From Bacillota bacterium (GTDB lineage Bacteria; Bacillota; Clostridia; Saccharofermentanales; UBA5734): DNA of 33,466 bases. Position 1 is the stretch's first letter, and every line of letters starts with the position of its first letter. The stretch covers positions 1 through 33,466 of the forward strand of contig JAWSUP010000002.1 of assembly GCA_033549405.1 (NCBI GenBank), in the 5' to 3' direction. The notes below the pieces were generated by a model. The model worked only from the letters and a program-made list of their open reading frames with translations. It had not been told where the DNA came from and ran no database searches. Positions 9,772 through 19,290 of the stretch are shown piece by piece. The translations under genes were made by a program, and so were the position numbers.

Positions 9772-9811
9772 ATGTAAATACCTCCATAATAATCACAGCA
9801 ATAACTTTAAG

Positions 9812-9841
9812 ATTATACAAGGCCTGAAGTGTCCGTGTCAA
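9812..9841 (-). promoter_or_regulatory. Near-consensus sigma-A promoter for the rpmH operon
   Basis: On the minus strand: TTGACA (9841-9836), an 18-nt spacer, and TATAAT (9817-9812), about 40 nt upstream of the rpmH ATG. Confidence 0.6.
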
Positions 9842-9926
9842 CCAGCAAGTTTCTACCAGATTGTCGCACACCCTTTTTTGCTGTTTTTGCCAGTGTTGCC
9901 TTTATCAACACTTCCGTATGTGGTCT

Positions 9927-11360
9927 TCAGGGAAAGTCCGCCTGAGCGACTTCCCTGACTGGAATCTCTTTTGTGCCTGTCGAAGTGTTCAGGACGCTCT
10001 GGATCCTGCGATGGCTTGCTTCCAGTTCTGACTTGACCGACTGCCAGGCTATCGGGTCTTCAAGCGCGGCGAGGACCGGGACAATCAGGTGCTGAGTGCC
10101 GTTACCGCGCGGAACGCGCGACACATAGGTCGGAATATATTGGGCGCCGGTCACCTGGGCTATACCGTCCAGCCGGCTGATCGTGATCCGGGCGATGATG
10201 GCGTCCTGGGCAAATCCCATTGTATTGTGCGTGCTAAAATCCATATTATGCAGAATATTGCTGATTGAATAAAACACGAGCGTCCGGCTTTTTCCATCAG
10301 CTGCTGTCAGTACATCAATCTCCTGCAGGACATGTGGGTGATGACCGATGATCAGTTCTATACCCGCATCGGTGAGGCGCTGAGCCATTTTACGCTGGAA
10401 ACTGCTGCTTTTTGTCTGGTATTCATTACCCCAGTGAACTGAAAGGCAGATGATCTCGGCGCCTTCTCCACGCAGTGCCGCTGCCCGTTCAAGCAGAGCG
10501 TTCATATCCTTTTCAAAGGCATCGCTGCGGTACGGGTTAAATGAGTCAATGAGCGGGTCGGCTGCGGCAGGCATGGGAATTCCATTCAAGGCCTTCTGTG
10601 TCTCTGTGCCGATTGTTTCAAACGTGTATGCCATCAGGCCGATCTTGTAACCCTTGACAGAGACGACCTGATCGGTCCTGCTGGTTTCGTCAGGGCGTGT
10701 TCCAATGACCACAAATCCCCGGTCGCGAAAGACCGATGCCGTTCTGGTCACGCCGTCCAGACCTCTGTCCAGTGTGTGGTTGTTGGCAGTCCAGATGACC
10801 CTGAAACCTGTTTTAAACAAGGCATCGGCAATCGCATCCGGCGCACAGAAAAACGGATATCCTTTGTATGGCGGACCGGCCAGCGTTCCTTCGTAGTTGG
10901 CAAATGCAAGATCAGCAGATTCGATGATCGGCCGAATGTACTGGAAGGCAGGTGTATAGTCATAATCAGATATTTCGCCTGACTGGACCAGACCTCCTTC
11001 GATGACAGATTGGTGCAGGATCACATCACCAACGACTGCAAGCGTGATGTCGATGATCGGCGTCGGCGTCGGCTCGGGCGTTGCCGTCGGCGGTAAAGGT
11101 GTCAATGTCGGTGCAAGGCTGGTTGTGACTGTCCCGGTTGGTATTGCAGTCGAAGTCGTGGTCGCCGGTGTCGGCGCTGCCATTGTCTGTGCCGGTCGGA
11201 TCAAAGCCCATGCCTTCGACCAGCCGTCTGGCGATAACTGAATTGCGAGCAGCGCAGCCACGAGTACCAGTAAAACCAGTGGAGGTCCCAGGCGAAAGGA
11301 AGGCCGTCGCTTTCCCGTCTGCTGCGGCTGTTTTGCCGGAATTTTTGGCATTTGCAACAT
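9927..11360 (-). CDS. CapA/PgsA-family exported metallophosphatase-like protein (poly-gamma-glutamate synthesis CapA family), membrane-anchored
   Basis: 477 aa. It has an N-terminal TM anchor (PPLVLLVLVAALLAIQL) and a Thr/Pro-rich linker, followed by a CapA-like domain (LAVVGDVILH, ADLAFANYEGT, WTANNHTLDRG, VHWGNEY, IIGHHPHVLQ). An AGGAGG RBS is present. Confidence 0.8.
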   Translation of the reverse strand: MLQMPKIPAKQPQQTGKRRPSFRLGPPLVLLVLVAALLAIQLSPDGWSKAWALIRPAQTMAAPTPATTTSTAIPTGTVTTSLAPTLTPLPPTATPEPTPTPIIDITLAVVGDVILHQSVIEGGLVQSGEISDYDYTPAFQYIRPIIESADLAFANYEGTLAGPPYKGYPFFCAPDAIADALFKTGFRVIWTANNHTLDRGLDGVTRTASVFRDRGFVVIGTRPDETSRTDQVVSVKGYKIGLMAYTFETIGTETQKALNGIPMPAAADPLIDSFNPYRSDAFEKDMNALLERAAALRGEGAEIICLSVHWGNEYQTKSSSFQRKMAQRLTDAGIELIIGHHPHVLQEIDVLTAADGKSRTLVFYSISNILHNMDFSTHNTMGFAQDAIIARITISRLDGIAQVTGAQYIPTYVSRVPRGNGTQHLIVPVLAALEDPIAWQSVKSELEASHRRIQSVLNTSTGTKEIPVREVAQADFP

Positions 11361-11425
11361 TTATGCCTCCTGATATGGAAACGCACCAGGCATCGATATG
11401 TTGTTGCCTGGTTTCTTAACAGTCA

Positions 11426-12373
11426 CTATCTGTTCCTATTGTGCCATCTTTCGTTCTGGATCTCAAGCAACTTGGGGCCTTCAGCCAGGCTCCGGCACGA
11501 GAACAGGCGAATCTGCGGCAGAACGTCCCTGAGAATATCCGCCGCATCCTGACAATTCTCATGGGATCCATAAAGGCCAAAGACTGTCGGTCCACTGCCG
11601 CTCATCTGCGCCATTTTGGCGCCTGATGCCATGATCTGCTTCTTAATTATTGCCAGTTCGGGAAGCAGGTTCAGGGATACCGGCTCCAGTACGTTGGCCG
11701 TACAAGCTGCCAATACCGCCAGATCCTGGTTGCGGATGGCAGCCAGAACTGCGTCCGTTTCAGGTCTGTCAGACGATTCTGATTCATTGTATGCAGCGAA
11801 CACATGAGCGGTCAATAACGGCTGATCAGGACAACACAGTAAAACAGACAGATCCTTCCAGGGCGGCAGGCGTGTCAAAATTTCGCCGATGCCTTCGCAG
11901 AGCATCGTTCCGCCATGCAGGCAGAAGGGCACATCTGCGCCAGTCTGCAAAGCGATTTTATCGACTTCCCTGCTGGACAGCCGGTTTGGAATAAGCTGGC
12001 TCAGGCCGAACAGGACAGCTGCCGCATCAGTACTGCCGCCGGCCAGTCCGGCGGCAACCGGTATATTTTTCTGCAGATGGATTTCAAGCAGAATCCCGGA
12101 ATCGGCAAATGCCTGCAGCGCCTCATGCGACATGAAAAGGACCGCTGCTTTTTGCGCTGTATTTGTGTCGTCTAACGGCAGTGCAGCCTGATCACAGGTC
12201 AAAACGATTCTCACTGGACCTGATCCTGTGCTTGATAATCGCAAAGTAACAAAATCAGCCAGATCAACGCTCTGCATAACGGTAGACAGCAAATGATAAC
12301 CGTCTGATCGCTTGCCAACGATATCAAGCGACAGATTGATTTTGGCTGGCGCCATGACGGTCAATTGTTCCAC
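11426..12373 (-). CDS. ispE: 4-diphosphocytidyl-2-C-methyl-D-erythritol kinase
   Basis: N-terminal APAKINLSLDI and the GHMP kinase motif PVAAGLAGGSTDAAAVL. GTG start with a GGGGAGG RBS. The veg-ispE neighbourhood matches Bacillus. Confidence 0.9.
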   Translation of the reverse strand: MEQLTVMAPAKINLSLDIVGKRSDGYHLLSTVMQSVDLADFVTLRLSSTGSGPVRIVLTCDQAALPLDDTNTAQKAAVLFMSHEALQAFADSGILLEIHLQKNIPVAAGLAGGSTDAAAVLFGLSQLIPNRLSSREVDKIALQTGADVPFCLHGGTMLCEGIGEILTRLPPWKDLSVLLCCPDQPLLTAHVFAAYNESESSDRPETDAVLAAIRNQDLAVLAACTANVLEPVSLNLLPELAIIKKQIMASGAKMAQMSGSGPTVFGLYGSHENCQDAADILRDVLPQIRLFSCRSLAEGPKLLEIQNERWHNRNR

Positions 12374-12481
12374 GCATGACCTCCCCGGCCATCAACCGGC
12401 AACCACAATGGGCTGCGGAATATATGCTCTGCAGCACTTTGGGACATCGTTGTAAACTTCTTAGAAGATGTATTAGGGCTG

Positions 12482-12757
12482 CTAATGAACCATGTCGCAT
12501 CGGATTTCAATATCCGGTTCTATGGCTATTTCGACAACCCTTGTCAATATGTCAATATAACTGAACGAAACTGTTTCCTGGTAAGATGCGTTTTTCTTGG
12601 CGCACCGGACAGTAAATACATTGGGATAACAACGATCCAGAATGCCTTCCTGAACAATTGTCCGTTTCCTGCCACCATTGGATCTGAGTTTGACCCGTTT
12701 GCCTATGTAGGATTGCATTCCTTTTCTGCAGACATCTAGATCTGCTTTGACTATCAT
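12482..12757 (-). CDS. veg: Veg protein (biofilm-stimulating small DNA-binding protein family)
   Basis: The sequence resembles B. subtilis Veg (GKRVKLRSNGGRKRTIVQEGILDRCYPNVFTV...VSFSYIDILT). I place the start at the ATG at 12757, which is preceded by GGAGGTG. The tracked ORF extends 24 codons further upstream without support. Confidence 0.85.
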   Translation of the reverse strand: MIVKADLDVCRKGMQSYIGKRVKLRSNGGRKRTIVQEGILDRCYPNVFTVRCAKKNASYQETVSFSYIDILTRVVEIAIEPDIEIRCDMVH

Positions 12758-12813
12758 GTGGACACCTCCGGCAACCGTATTTCCCTTTTCAGACCCCAAA
12801 CCCCATGGATGAT

Positions 12814-12842
12814 ATTGTAGCACTTTCACATGCTAAAGTCAA
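12814..12842 (-). promoter_or_regulatory. veg promoter (TTGACT-17-TGcTACAAT)
   Basis: On the minus strand: -35 TTGACT (12842-12837), a 17-nt spacer, and -10 TACAAT (12819-12814) preceded by TGc (extended -10). The architecture parallels the well-known strong B. subtilis veg promoter. Confidence 0.6.
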
Positions 12843-12862
12843 ATGACGAATACAACAGATTG

Positions 12863-12871
12863 TGGTATAAT
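12863..12871 (+). promoter_or_regulatory. Extended -10 element (TGgTATAAT) of a divergent promoter for fhs
   Basis: The plus strand reads GATTGTGGTATAATTCATC about 100 nt upstream of the fhs ATG, with a weak -35 (ATGACG). Confidence 0.45.
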
Positions 12872-12969
12872 TCATCACAGTGCTCAAAATGTTGGGCTTA
12901 AATTACGGATACAGAACGACATGTCGCTGCACCTTATACAATAAACGTTATGACCCGGAGGAACGATCT

Positions 12970-14640
12970 ATGCGATCTGATATTGAAATCGCCGCCCAGG
13001 CTTCTTTGCTGCCAATTCACAAAATTGCTGACGGACTTGGCCTTGAGACACATGAGTGGGAACCATACGGCCATTATAAGGCGAAAATCAACGATTCTGC
13101 CATGCAGCGCCTGGCAGCACAGACGGACGGACGCCTGATCCTTGTTACAGCCATCAACCCGACGCCTGCAGGAGAAGGCAAGACCACGACCACTGTCGGT
13201 CTGGGCCAGGCGCTCTGCCGTCTGGGTCACAAGGCGATCATCGCTCTGCGCGAACCATCTCTGGGTCCGGTTTTTGGCATCAAAGGCGGCGCTGCCGGTG
13301 GCGGATACGCACAGGTCCTGCCCATGGAAGACATCAATCTGCATTTCACCGGTGATCTGCATGCAGTGGCGGCAGCCAACAATCTGCTGGCTGCCGTCAT
13401 CGACAACCATATTCATCAGGGAAACAGCCTGGCGATCGATCCGCGCCGCATTATCTGGAAGCGTTGCGTCGATATTAATGACCGCCAGCTGCGGCAGATT
13501 GTCGTCGGCCTCGGCGGCAAAGCCAACGGCATGCCACGTGAAGACGGATTCAACATCACGGTCGCATCGGAAATCATGGCCATCTTGTGCCTTGCTGACA
13601 ACCTGCAGGATTTGAAAAAGAGACTTAATCGCATTGTCGTAGCCTGGACCTGGCGAGACGAACCGGTTACCGTGTCACAGCTGGGCGTGGCAGGATCTCT
13701 GGCCGCACTCCTGAAAGAAGCCATCAATCCCAATCTTGTCCAGACGCTCGAAGGTACGCCTGCGCTGATCCACGGGGGACCTTTCGCCAATATCGCGCAT
13801 GGATGCAATAGTCTGCGCGCGACGAGACTCGGCCTCAAGTTGGGCGAATTTCTTGTGACAGAAGCCGGTTTCGGGGCGGATCTGGGAGCGGAAAAATTCT
13901 TTGACATCAAATGTCGCATCGGCGGGTTGAGACCTGATGCTGTCGTACTGGTCGCAACGGTCCGCGCCTTGAAGCACAACGGCGGCGTCGAAAAATCTTT
14001 ACTCGGTGAGGAAAACCTGCCGGCAGTCGAAGCCGGTTTGCCCAACCTCGATAAGCACCTGGAGAACATCCGCCAATTTGGTCTTCCCTGTGTTGTCGCC
14101 TTAAATCGGTTCGCCAGTGATACGCCTGCCGAAATTGACTTGATCGCACGACGGTGCGCCAGTCATGGTGTCAGTCTGGTCTTATCTGATGTGTATACGC
14201 AAGGCGGCGCCGGCGGAATTGAACTGGCCAACGCCCTGATCGATGTGATGGCGCGCCATGAGGCCAATTTTCAGATGCTGTATCCTGACAACCTCCCCCT
14301 GCTGGACAAGATCATAACCATTGCCCGCAAGATCTACGGGGCCGATGCGGTCAGTTTGGCGCCGGCTGCTGCAAAAGAGCTGGCTCGCTGTGAAAGCTTG
14401 GGTTATGGGTCACTTCCGGTCTGCATGGCCAAAACGCAATACTCTCTCTCAGATGACCCGACCAGACTGGGGAGACCGACCGGCTTCATCCTGTCTGTTC
14501 GGGAGATCCGCCTGTCTGCCGGAGCCGGATTTGTTGTCGCCCTGACCGGCGATGTCATGACCATGCCCGGTCTGCCGCGATCACCGGCGGCGGAGAAAAT
14601 CGATATCGATGCGGATGGAGACATAACCGGTCTTTTTTAG
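12970..14640 (+). CDS. fhs: Formate--tetrahydrofolate ligase
   Basis: 556 aa counted from the ATG at 12970, which has a GGAGG RBS. It carries the P-loop-like motif [17 protein letters not shown] and full-length FTHFS-like sequence ([35 protein letters not shown]). The tracked ORF's extra 30 N-terminal codons are unsupported. Confidence 0.95.
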   Translation: MRSDIEIAAQASLLPIHKIADGLGLETHEWEPYGHYKAKINDSAMQRLAAQTDGRLILVTAINPTPAGEGKTTTTVGLGQALCRLGHKAIIALREPSLGPVFGIKGGAAGGGYAQVLPMEDINLHFTGDLHAVAAANNLLAAVIDNHIHQGNSLAIDPRRIIWKRCVDINDRQLRQIVVGLGGKANGMPREDGFNITVASEIMAILCLADNLQDLKKRLNRIVVAWTWRDEPVTVSQLGVAGSLAALLKEAINPNLVQTLEGTPALIHGGPFANIAHGCNSLRATRLGLKLGEFLVTEAGFGADLGAEKFFDIKCRIGGLRPDAVVLVATVRALKHNGGVEKSLLGEENLPAVEAGLPNLDKHLENIRQFGLPCVVALNRFASDTPAEIDLIARRCASHGVSLVLSDVYTQGGAGGIELANALIDVMARHEANFQMLYPDNLPLLDKIITIARKIYGADAVSLAPAAAKELARCESLGYGSLPVCMAKTQYSLSDDPTRLGRPTGFILSVREIRLSAGAGFVVALTGDVMTMPGLPRSPAAEKIDIDADGDITGLF

Positions 14641-14665
14641 CAGGCCCTGATCCTCTGGAGGATAC

Positions 14666-15856
14666 ATGAAAAAAACAAGGCAAAATCCAACACAGCGCAC
14701 ACGCGCGGATCGTAATGTCAAAAATTACAGCATAAATCAGAACGGCAGGGCCGCCCGGCCTAACAAAAGGCGCGGCCATAATAATCAGACCGGCTGGTTG
14801 ATAGCCGGTATAGCCTTCATACTGATCTTCGCTGCTGTCTGGCTGGTCAGGCCGCTACTGCAAAGCCGGCAGACCGACCCGACCGGCGAGTCTTCACAGA
14901 CAACCGCGACAACCAGTGGTGCGACAACCTCGCTGACGTCAGGCACAACGACTTCCGGACAGACAACAACAACAGAGACGACGACTGAAAGCACGCCATC
15001 ACTGCCAGAAACCCTCAGCGATCAGGAACGTCAGGCGATCCTTTCAGCAGCCGGCGGGCTGGTGATCGAGCGGCTGGAGCAAGTCTCCAGCGGTCGTTTC
15101 GGCATCTATTTTCAGAATCTGGCCGGCGGTGAAATCTGGTCATACCAGGATGAGGAACCCTTTGTCGCCGCCAGTTCGATCAAACTCGGAATCAACACCT
15201 GCCTTTACACGCGCATCGCCGCCGGTGAGATCAGTCCGGATGATCTGCTCACTTATGACAACCGGGCTTATCCGACAGGTGATTTTGAAGCCGGCACCGG
15301 CACCATCCAAAACCTGCCCAATGGTTCGAAGCTGACAGTCCGGGAAACGTCCGGCCTGTCGATCCGGATCAGCGACAATTGCGGCACAAACATGGTCATC
15401 CGCAAGCTGGGCGGAATCGATGCCATCAACCCCTGGCTCAATGAAATCAGCGGCAGCGTCGACTATCGCGTGAAGGTTTCATACACGAACTATGGCGGGC
15501 AAAGCCAGAACGGCCGCCACCGCACCTGCGCTCGTGACCTGGGGCTGCAGGCGGCTCATTTGTATGCGTTGTGGCAGGAAGCACCCGCTGTTTATGATCC
15601 GCTTATCGAGGACCTCAGCAACACTCAGTTTGATTTCGGTATCCAGAAAGGCATCCCAACGACTATTCAGGTCGCGCATAAAATTGGAACCAATGGCGCT
15701 TATTCGGCAGAAAACGATGTCGGGATTGTCATGACCGAAGAACCATTCGTCCTCTGCATCATGACTGAAATGGCAAGCAGCACACAAGCACGGCAGATCC
15801 AGGCGGATATCGCAGCCATTTTCTATGAGGCGGTTTCCGGCTGGCCGCTTGATTAG
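14666..15856 (+). CDS. Membrane-anchored serine hydrolase with a class A beta-lactamase fold
   Basis: 396 aa. It has a basic N-terminus, one TM segment (WLIAGIAFILIFAAVWLV) and a Thr-rich linker. The class-A-like motif triad follows: SxxK (AASSIKL), SDN (RISDNCG) and KxG (HKIGTNG). A GGAGGA RBS is present. Confidence 0.8.
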   Translation: MKKTRQNPTQRTRADRNVKNYSINQNGRAARPNKRRGHNNQTGWLIAGIAFILIFAAVWLVRPLLQSRQTDPTGESSQTTATTSGATTSLTSGTTTSGQTTTTETTTESTPSLPETLSDQERQAILSAAGGLVIERLEQVSSGRFGIYFQNLAGGEIWSYQDEEPFVAASSIKLGINTCLYTRIAAGEISPDDLLTYDNRAYPTGDFEAGTGTIQNLPNGSKLTVRETSGLSIRISDNCGTNMVIRKLGGIDAINPWLNEISGSVDYRVKVSYTNYGGQSQNGRHRTCARDLGLQAAHLYALWQEAPAVYDPLIEDLSNTQFDFGIQKGIPTTIQVAHKIGTNGAYSAENDVGIVMTEEPFVLCIMTEMASSTQARQIQADIAAIFYEAVSGWPLD

Positions 15857-15861
15857 CGTCA

Positions 15862-16812
15862 TCAAAACTGGGCGTGATGGCCAAAGCCTTCGCCGAGAAC
15901 TTCACGCGCTTCCTGAACGATGACAAAAGCATCCGGGTCGATATCTGCGACGATCTGTTTGATTTCTGGAACCTGCCTGCGGGACAGGACGCAAAGAAGC
16001 ACTTTTTTATCCTCGCCGGTATACATGCCCTGACCGTTAAGCCCGGTCACGCCGCGCTGTAGCTTATGCAGGATACTGGTGGCAATCTCATCACTTTTTC
16101 CTGAAATGATATAGGCGGTTCTGCAATAATCGAACCCCTCCAGCAGCACGTCGATGCTTTTTGATGTCAGATACATGGCGATAAACGAATAAAGCGCCAG
16201 CAGAAATCCCGGTTCGGGCTGAGCCCGATACGCGATGGCGGAAGCCAGGATGATCAGAGCATCCATGATGAGTAAAAATTGACCGATGCTAAGCAACCCG
16301 GTTTTTTTCCGGATGACCATGGCCAGGATGTCCGTACCGCCGGTTGTGTAACCACCCCGGAATACCAGACCCAGGCCGACACCATAAAGGACGCCGCCGA
16401 TCAGGCAAAAGATCAAAGGATCGGCCACCCCATCTCCGAGCGGGCGATCCAGGTAAGCGTCGTAGAAGGCGCTCAGGGCAGGCCTGGTCAGATCGATCAT
16501 GATCGAATAGGCAACCGTCCCAATCACACTGCGCCAGACGAATTTCAGATGGATCACACGCCAGCCGAGTACCAGCAGGGGGATATTGAGCAGGCCGAAC
16601 AGCACGCCAAATGGCAAGAACTCACCTCGGCCGGTCAACTGGAAAATAATGGAAACGATGCCTGATACGCCGCCCATGGTCAGCTTTACCGGAACATAAA
16701 AAACATTGACAGCCACTGCCGCTAAAAGGCTGCCGACAAGCAGCATGCCAATTTCACGAAGGCGGCGACGATTGTCGGGCCGAACTCTCACAGGTGCAAG
16801 ACTGACGGACAT
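15862..16812 (-). CDS. YitT-family membrane protein (DUF161 repeats plus C-terminal DUF2179)
   Basis: 316 aa, with about 5 TM segments bearing the GGxxG-type motifs of the YitT family (MGGVSGIV, GGYTTGGTDILA). The soluble C-terminal domain ends in VIVQEAREVLGEGF, which is typical of DUF2179. Confidence 0.8.
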   Translation of the reverse strand: MSVSLAPVRVRPDNRRRLREIGMLLVGSLLAAVAVNVFYVPVKLTMGGVSGIVSIIFQLTGRGEFLPFGVLFGLLNIPLLVLGWRVIHLKFVWRSVIGTVAYSIMIDLTRPALSAFYDAYLDRPLGDGVADPLIFCLIGGVLYGVGLGLVFRGGYTTGGTDILAMVIRKKTGLLSIGQFLLIMDALIILASAIAYRAQPEPGFLLALYSFIAMYLTSKSIDVLLEGFDYCRTAYIISGKSDEIATSILHKLQRGVTGLNGQGMYTGEDKKVLLCVLSRRQVPEIKQIVADIDPDAFVIVQEAREVLGEGFGHHAQF

Positions 16813-16828
16813 CGGATCCCCCCAGGCT

Positions 16829-17434
16829 TTATCCTATTTCGCGACGACCTTCCATCGCTTTCGACAAGGTCACTTCATCAGCGTATTCCAGATCTCCGCC
16901 CATCGGTATTCCGTGGGCGATCCTGGTTGTCAGGATACCGGCAGGTTTGAGCAAGCGGGCCAGGTAAAGAGCAGTCGCTTCGCCTTCAACAGTCGGATTC
17001 GTCGCCAGGATCAGTTCAGTGATCGATTCATCCTGACGCAGGCGGGCCAGCAGCTCGCGCAGGCGGATCTGATCGGGTCCGATGCCCTGCATGGGCGATA
17101 TGGCGCCATGCAGCACATGATAAAGGCCTTTATACTCATGCATCCGTTCCATAGCTGCAACGTCGCGGGGGTTTTCGACCACACAGATGGTCGTACGGTC
17201 TCTTGACGTACTGGTACAGATTTCGCACGGATCCTGATCTGTCAGGTTGCAGCAGACGGAACACAGCCTGATCTTTTTTCTGGCGTCGATAATTGCATCG
17301 GCCAGGGCGGCAGCTTGTTCCTGCGGTTGCGCCAGCAAATGAAATGCCAGCCGCTGGGCAGTTTTGCTGCCGATGCCAGGCAATTTGCCCAACTCGGTGA
17401 TTAGGCGCCCGATCGATGGCGCATACCTGGCCAT
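16829..17434 (-). CDS. recR: Recombination protein RecR
   Basis: 201 aa with the HhH motif [16 protein letters not shown], the C4 zinc finger [16 protein letters not shown] and a Toprim domain ([14 protein letters not shown]). The start lies 2 nt after the dnaX stop. Confidence 0.95.
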   Translation of the reverse strand: MARYAPSIGRLITELGKLPGIGSKTAQRLAFHLLAQPQEQAAALADAIIDARKKIRLCSVCCNLTDQDPCEICTSTSRDRTTICVVENPRDVAAMERMHEYKGLYHVLHGAISPMQGIGPDQIRLRELLARLRQDESITELILATNPTVEGEATALYLARLLKPAGILTTRIAHGIPMGGDLEYADEVTLSKAMEGRREIG

Positions 17435-17436
17435 GG

Positions 17437-19101
17437 CTATTCCTCTACTTTCATCGGTATGCCAAGTGCCTGGGCCGTCTTTCGGACCTTCTCCACCCAG
17501 TTGTCTTCATTTGTATCCGGACAAGACGGCAATGAATCCTGACCGGCTATAATCGGTGCGATGGCCAAGTCCTGCCCCGACAATCGGCGGACAGACTCCC
17601 TCAGCACTTTCAGGGCAGAAGCCTGGTTGACCTCCTGATAGTGCACGGTCTCTGCAGCGGCAAAGACCAGCTGCAACGTGCCCTGGCACAGGATCGGTCG
17701 GGCTGGTCTGCTGAACAAGTATAACGTCATGTGGCCCATTTCCTGCAGGTTGTCCAGAACCTTAGTCCAAAGATCTGCAACGTCCGTTATTGAAGGCTCG
17801 GCAGTTATTTCGCCGGCTTCACTGGTTTTTACAGCAGCTTCACCAGTTTCGATGTGAATGCTCACCGGTTCTGCTGCTGCAATTGTAGGCTCAGCCTTCA
17901 ATTCCGGCTCGGGCAGCGGATCATCTGTCCAGGAATTATCTTCTGGCGGCGCTTCAGGCAGCGGCGGTTCACTTTTTTTCTCAATCGTTTGCTCTGCAAG
18001 CCTGACCGGTGTCGGCGCATAGTCCATCAGGCGGATCATACCGACCTCAAGGGCAGTCCTGCCATCGGATGCCCAACGCAGGTCAGACAGGAGTGCTGAC
18101 AAGCCGCGGATCAGCACGATCAGGCGGTCACTGCTTACCTGCCCTGCCAGTTGTTTCATATCAGCCAGGGCTTCAGAATTCACACGAACCAGGAGGCGAT
18201 CATCGGTGGCAACCTGACAGACCAGGAGATTTCTCAGGTGCTGGGCCAGATCTGTCACAAAGCGGGCCAGATCGCGGCCTGCCATAACAAGCTGATCAAC
18301 CAGCTGCAGCAATTCTGCAATTTCCCCATCGATCAGCGCCGATGCGACTTGTTGAAGAAACTGGTCGCGAACAACACCTACCAGGCTCAGCACATTGTCG
18401 TGCGTAACAGGCGGCGGAAAGGCGCTGCGTGCCTGATCGAGGATGCTGATGGCATCCCGGAGCGCACCGTCTGCCAGGGCAGCGATGGTCCGTTGTGCTT
18501 CGGGCGTGATGTCGATTGCATCATTTTTAGCGATCGCGTCCAGCCGCTCAACCATGCTATCCAGTGGTATTCTGCGGAATTCATAACGCTGGCAGCGTGA
18601 CAGAATCGTCGCCGGTATGCGGTGCGATTCGGTGGTTGCCAAGATAAAGACGGCGTGTGCAGGCGGTTCTTCCAGTGTTTTCAGGAGTGCGTTGAATGCG
18701 CCAGCAGAGAGCATGTGAACTTCATCGATGATATAAACCTTAAACCGTGCCTGCGAAGGCATGAATATGATTTCATCGCAGATGCGTCGGATATTGTCGA
18801 CGCTGTTGTTGGATGCGGCATCCATCTCGACGATATCCATAAGGTTTCCTTCAAGGGCTGCCCGGCAAATGTCACATTGATTGCACGGGTTGCCTTGAAT
18901 TGGTTGCAGGCAGTTGATCGCCCGGGAAAAAATCTTGGCCATGGTGGTTTTGCCGGTCCCGCGCGTGCCGCTGAACAAATAGGCATGAGCGATTTGTCCG
19001 CTGATGACTGATTGACGCAAGGCGTGGACAGCTTGTTTTTGCTCGACGACTTCATCAAATGTCTTGGGTCGCCATTCCCGGTACAGCGCCAGGTGTGCCA
19101 T
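17437..19101 (-). CDS. dnaX: DNA polymerase III subunit tau (DnaX)
   Basis: 554 aa with Walker [10 protein letters not shown], the zinc module CNQCDICRA, the DEVHML box and the sensor motif [11 protein letters not shown] Pro/Glu-rich linker is followed by the Firmicutes-type C-terminal domain. A GGGAGGG RBS is present. Confidence 0.95.
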   Translation of the reverse strand: MAHLALYREWRPKTFDEVVEQKQAVHALRQSVISGQIAHAYLFSGTRGTGKTTMAKIFSRAINCLQPIQGNPCNQCDICRAALEGNLMDIVEMDAASNNSVDNIRRICDEIIFMPSQARFKVYIIDEVHMLSAGAFNALLKTLEEPPAHAVFILATTESHRIPATILSRCQRYEFRRIPLDSMVERLDAIAKNDAIDITPEAQRTIAALADGALRDAISILDQARSAFPPPVTHDNVLSLVGVVRDQFLQQVASALIDGEIAELLQLVDQLVMAGRDLARFVTDLAQHLRNLLVCQVATDDRLLVRVNSEALADMKQLAGQVSSDRLIVLIRGLSALLSDLRWASDGRTALEVGMIRLMDYAPTPVRLAEQTIEKKSEPPLPEAPPEDNSWTDDPLPEPELKAEPTIAAAEPVSIHIETGEAAVKTSEAGEITAEPSITDVADLWTKVLDNLQEMGHMTLYLFSRPARPILCQGTLQLVFAAAETVHYQEVNQASALKVLRESVRRLSGQDLAIAPIIAGQDSLPSCPDTNEDNWVEKVRKTAQALGIPMKVEE

Positions 19102-19131
19102 GAACAGTCCCTCCCGCAGCTGTGGAAATCC

Positions 19132-19290
19132 AAAATAAATCGCCGTGCCTGGCCTGCAACCGACGCAGGTTTCCCTGCGGCACCTGCGGGTGGCCGCTTA
19201 CCGCTGCTTCCTTCCGGACCTGACGGGGTTCACGGGCCGCATCGCACAGGACCAACGATCGGCTGCAGATCAGACACGGCGTCTCTTGGT
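19132..19290 (-). ncRNA. ffs: Signal recognition particle RNA (4.5S/scRNA-type)
   Basis: The minus strand contains the universally conserved domain IV sequence GUCAGGUCCGGAAGGAAGCAGC. It lies inside a ~140-nt extended hairpin whose ends pair (GCCGUG...CACGGC). An extended -10 promoter TGgTATAAT (19305-19297) precedes it and an AUUUAUUUU tract follows. The position immediately upstream of dnaX matches B. subtilis scr-dnaX. Confidence 0.85.

Noticed and set aside
9902-9910. A DnaA-box-like TTATCAACA upstream of rpmH, considered as a possible oriC remnant.
   Set aside because: It is a single 8/9 match with no cluster, no AT-rich unwinding element and no adjacent dnaA, which is compatible with chance.
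12872-12969. A possible ZTP (pfl) or THF riboswitch in the fhs leader, since fhs is a frequent ZTP-riboswitch target.
   Set aside because: The leader is only ~90 nt and lacks the conserved CCGCCUGGGC-type 3' element and the GGGUCGUGACUGGCG-like 5' element. I noticed only a 10-nt palindrome (CGACATGTCG, about 12918-12927).
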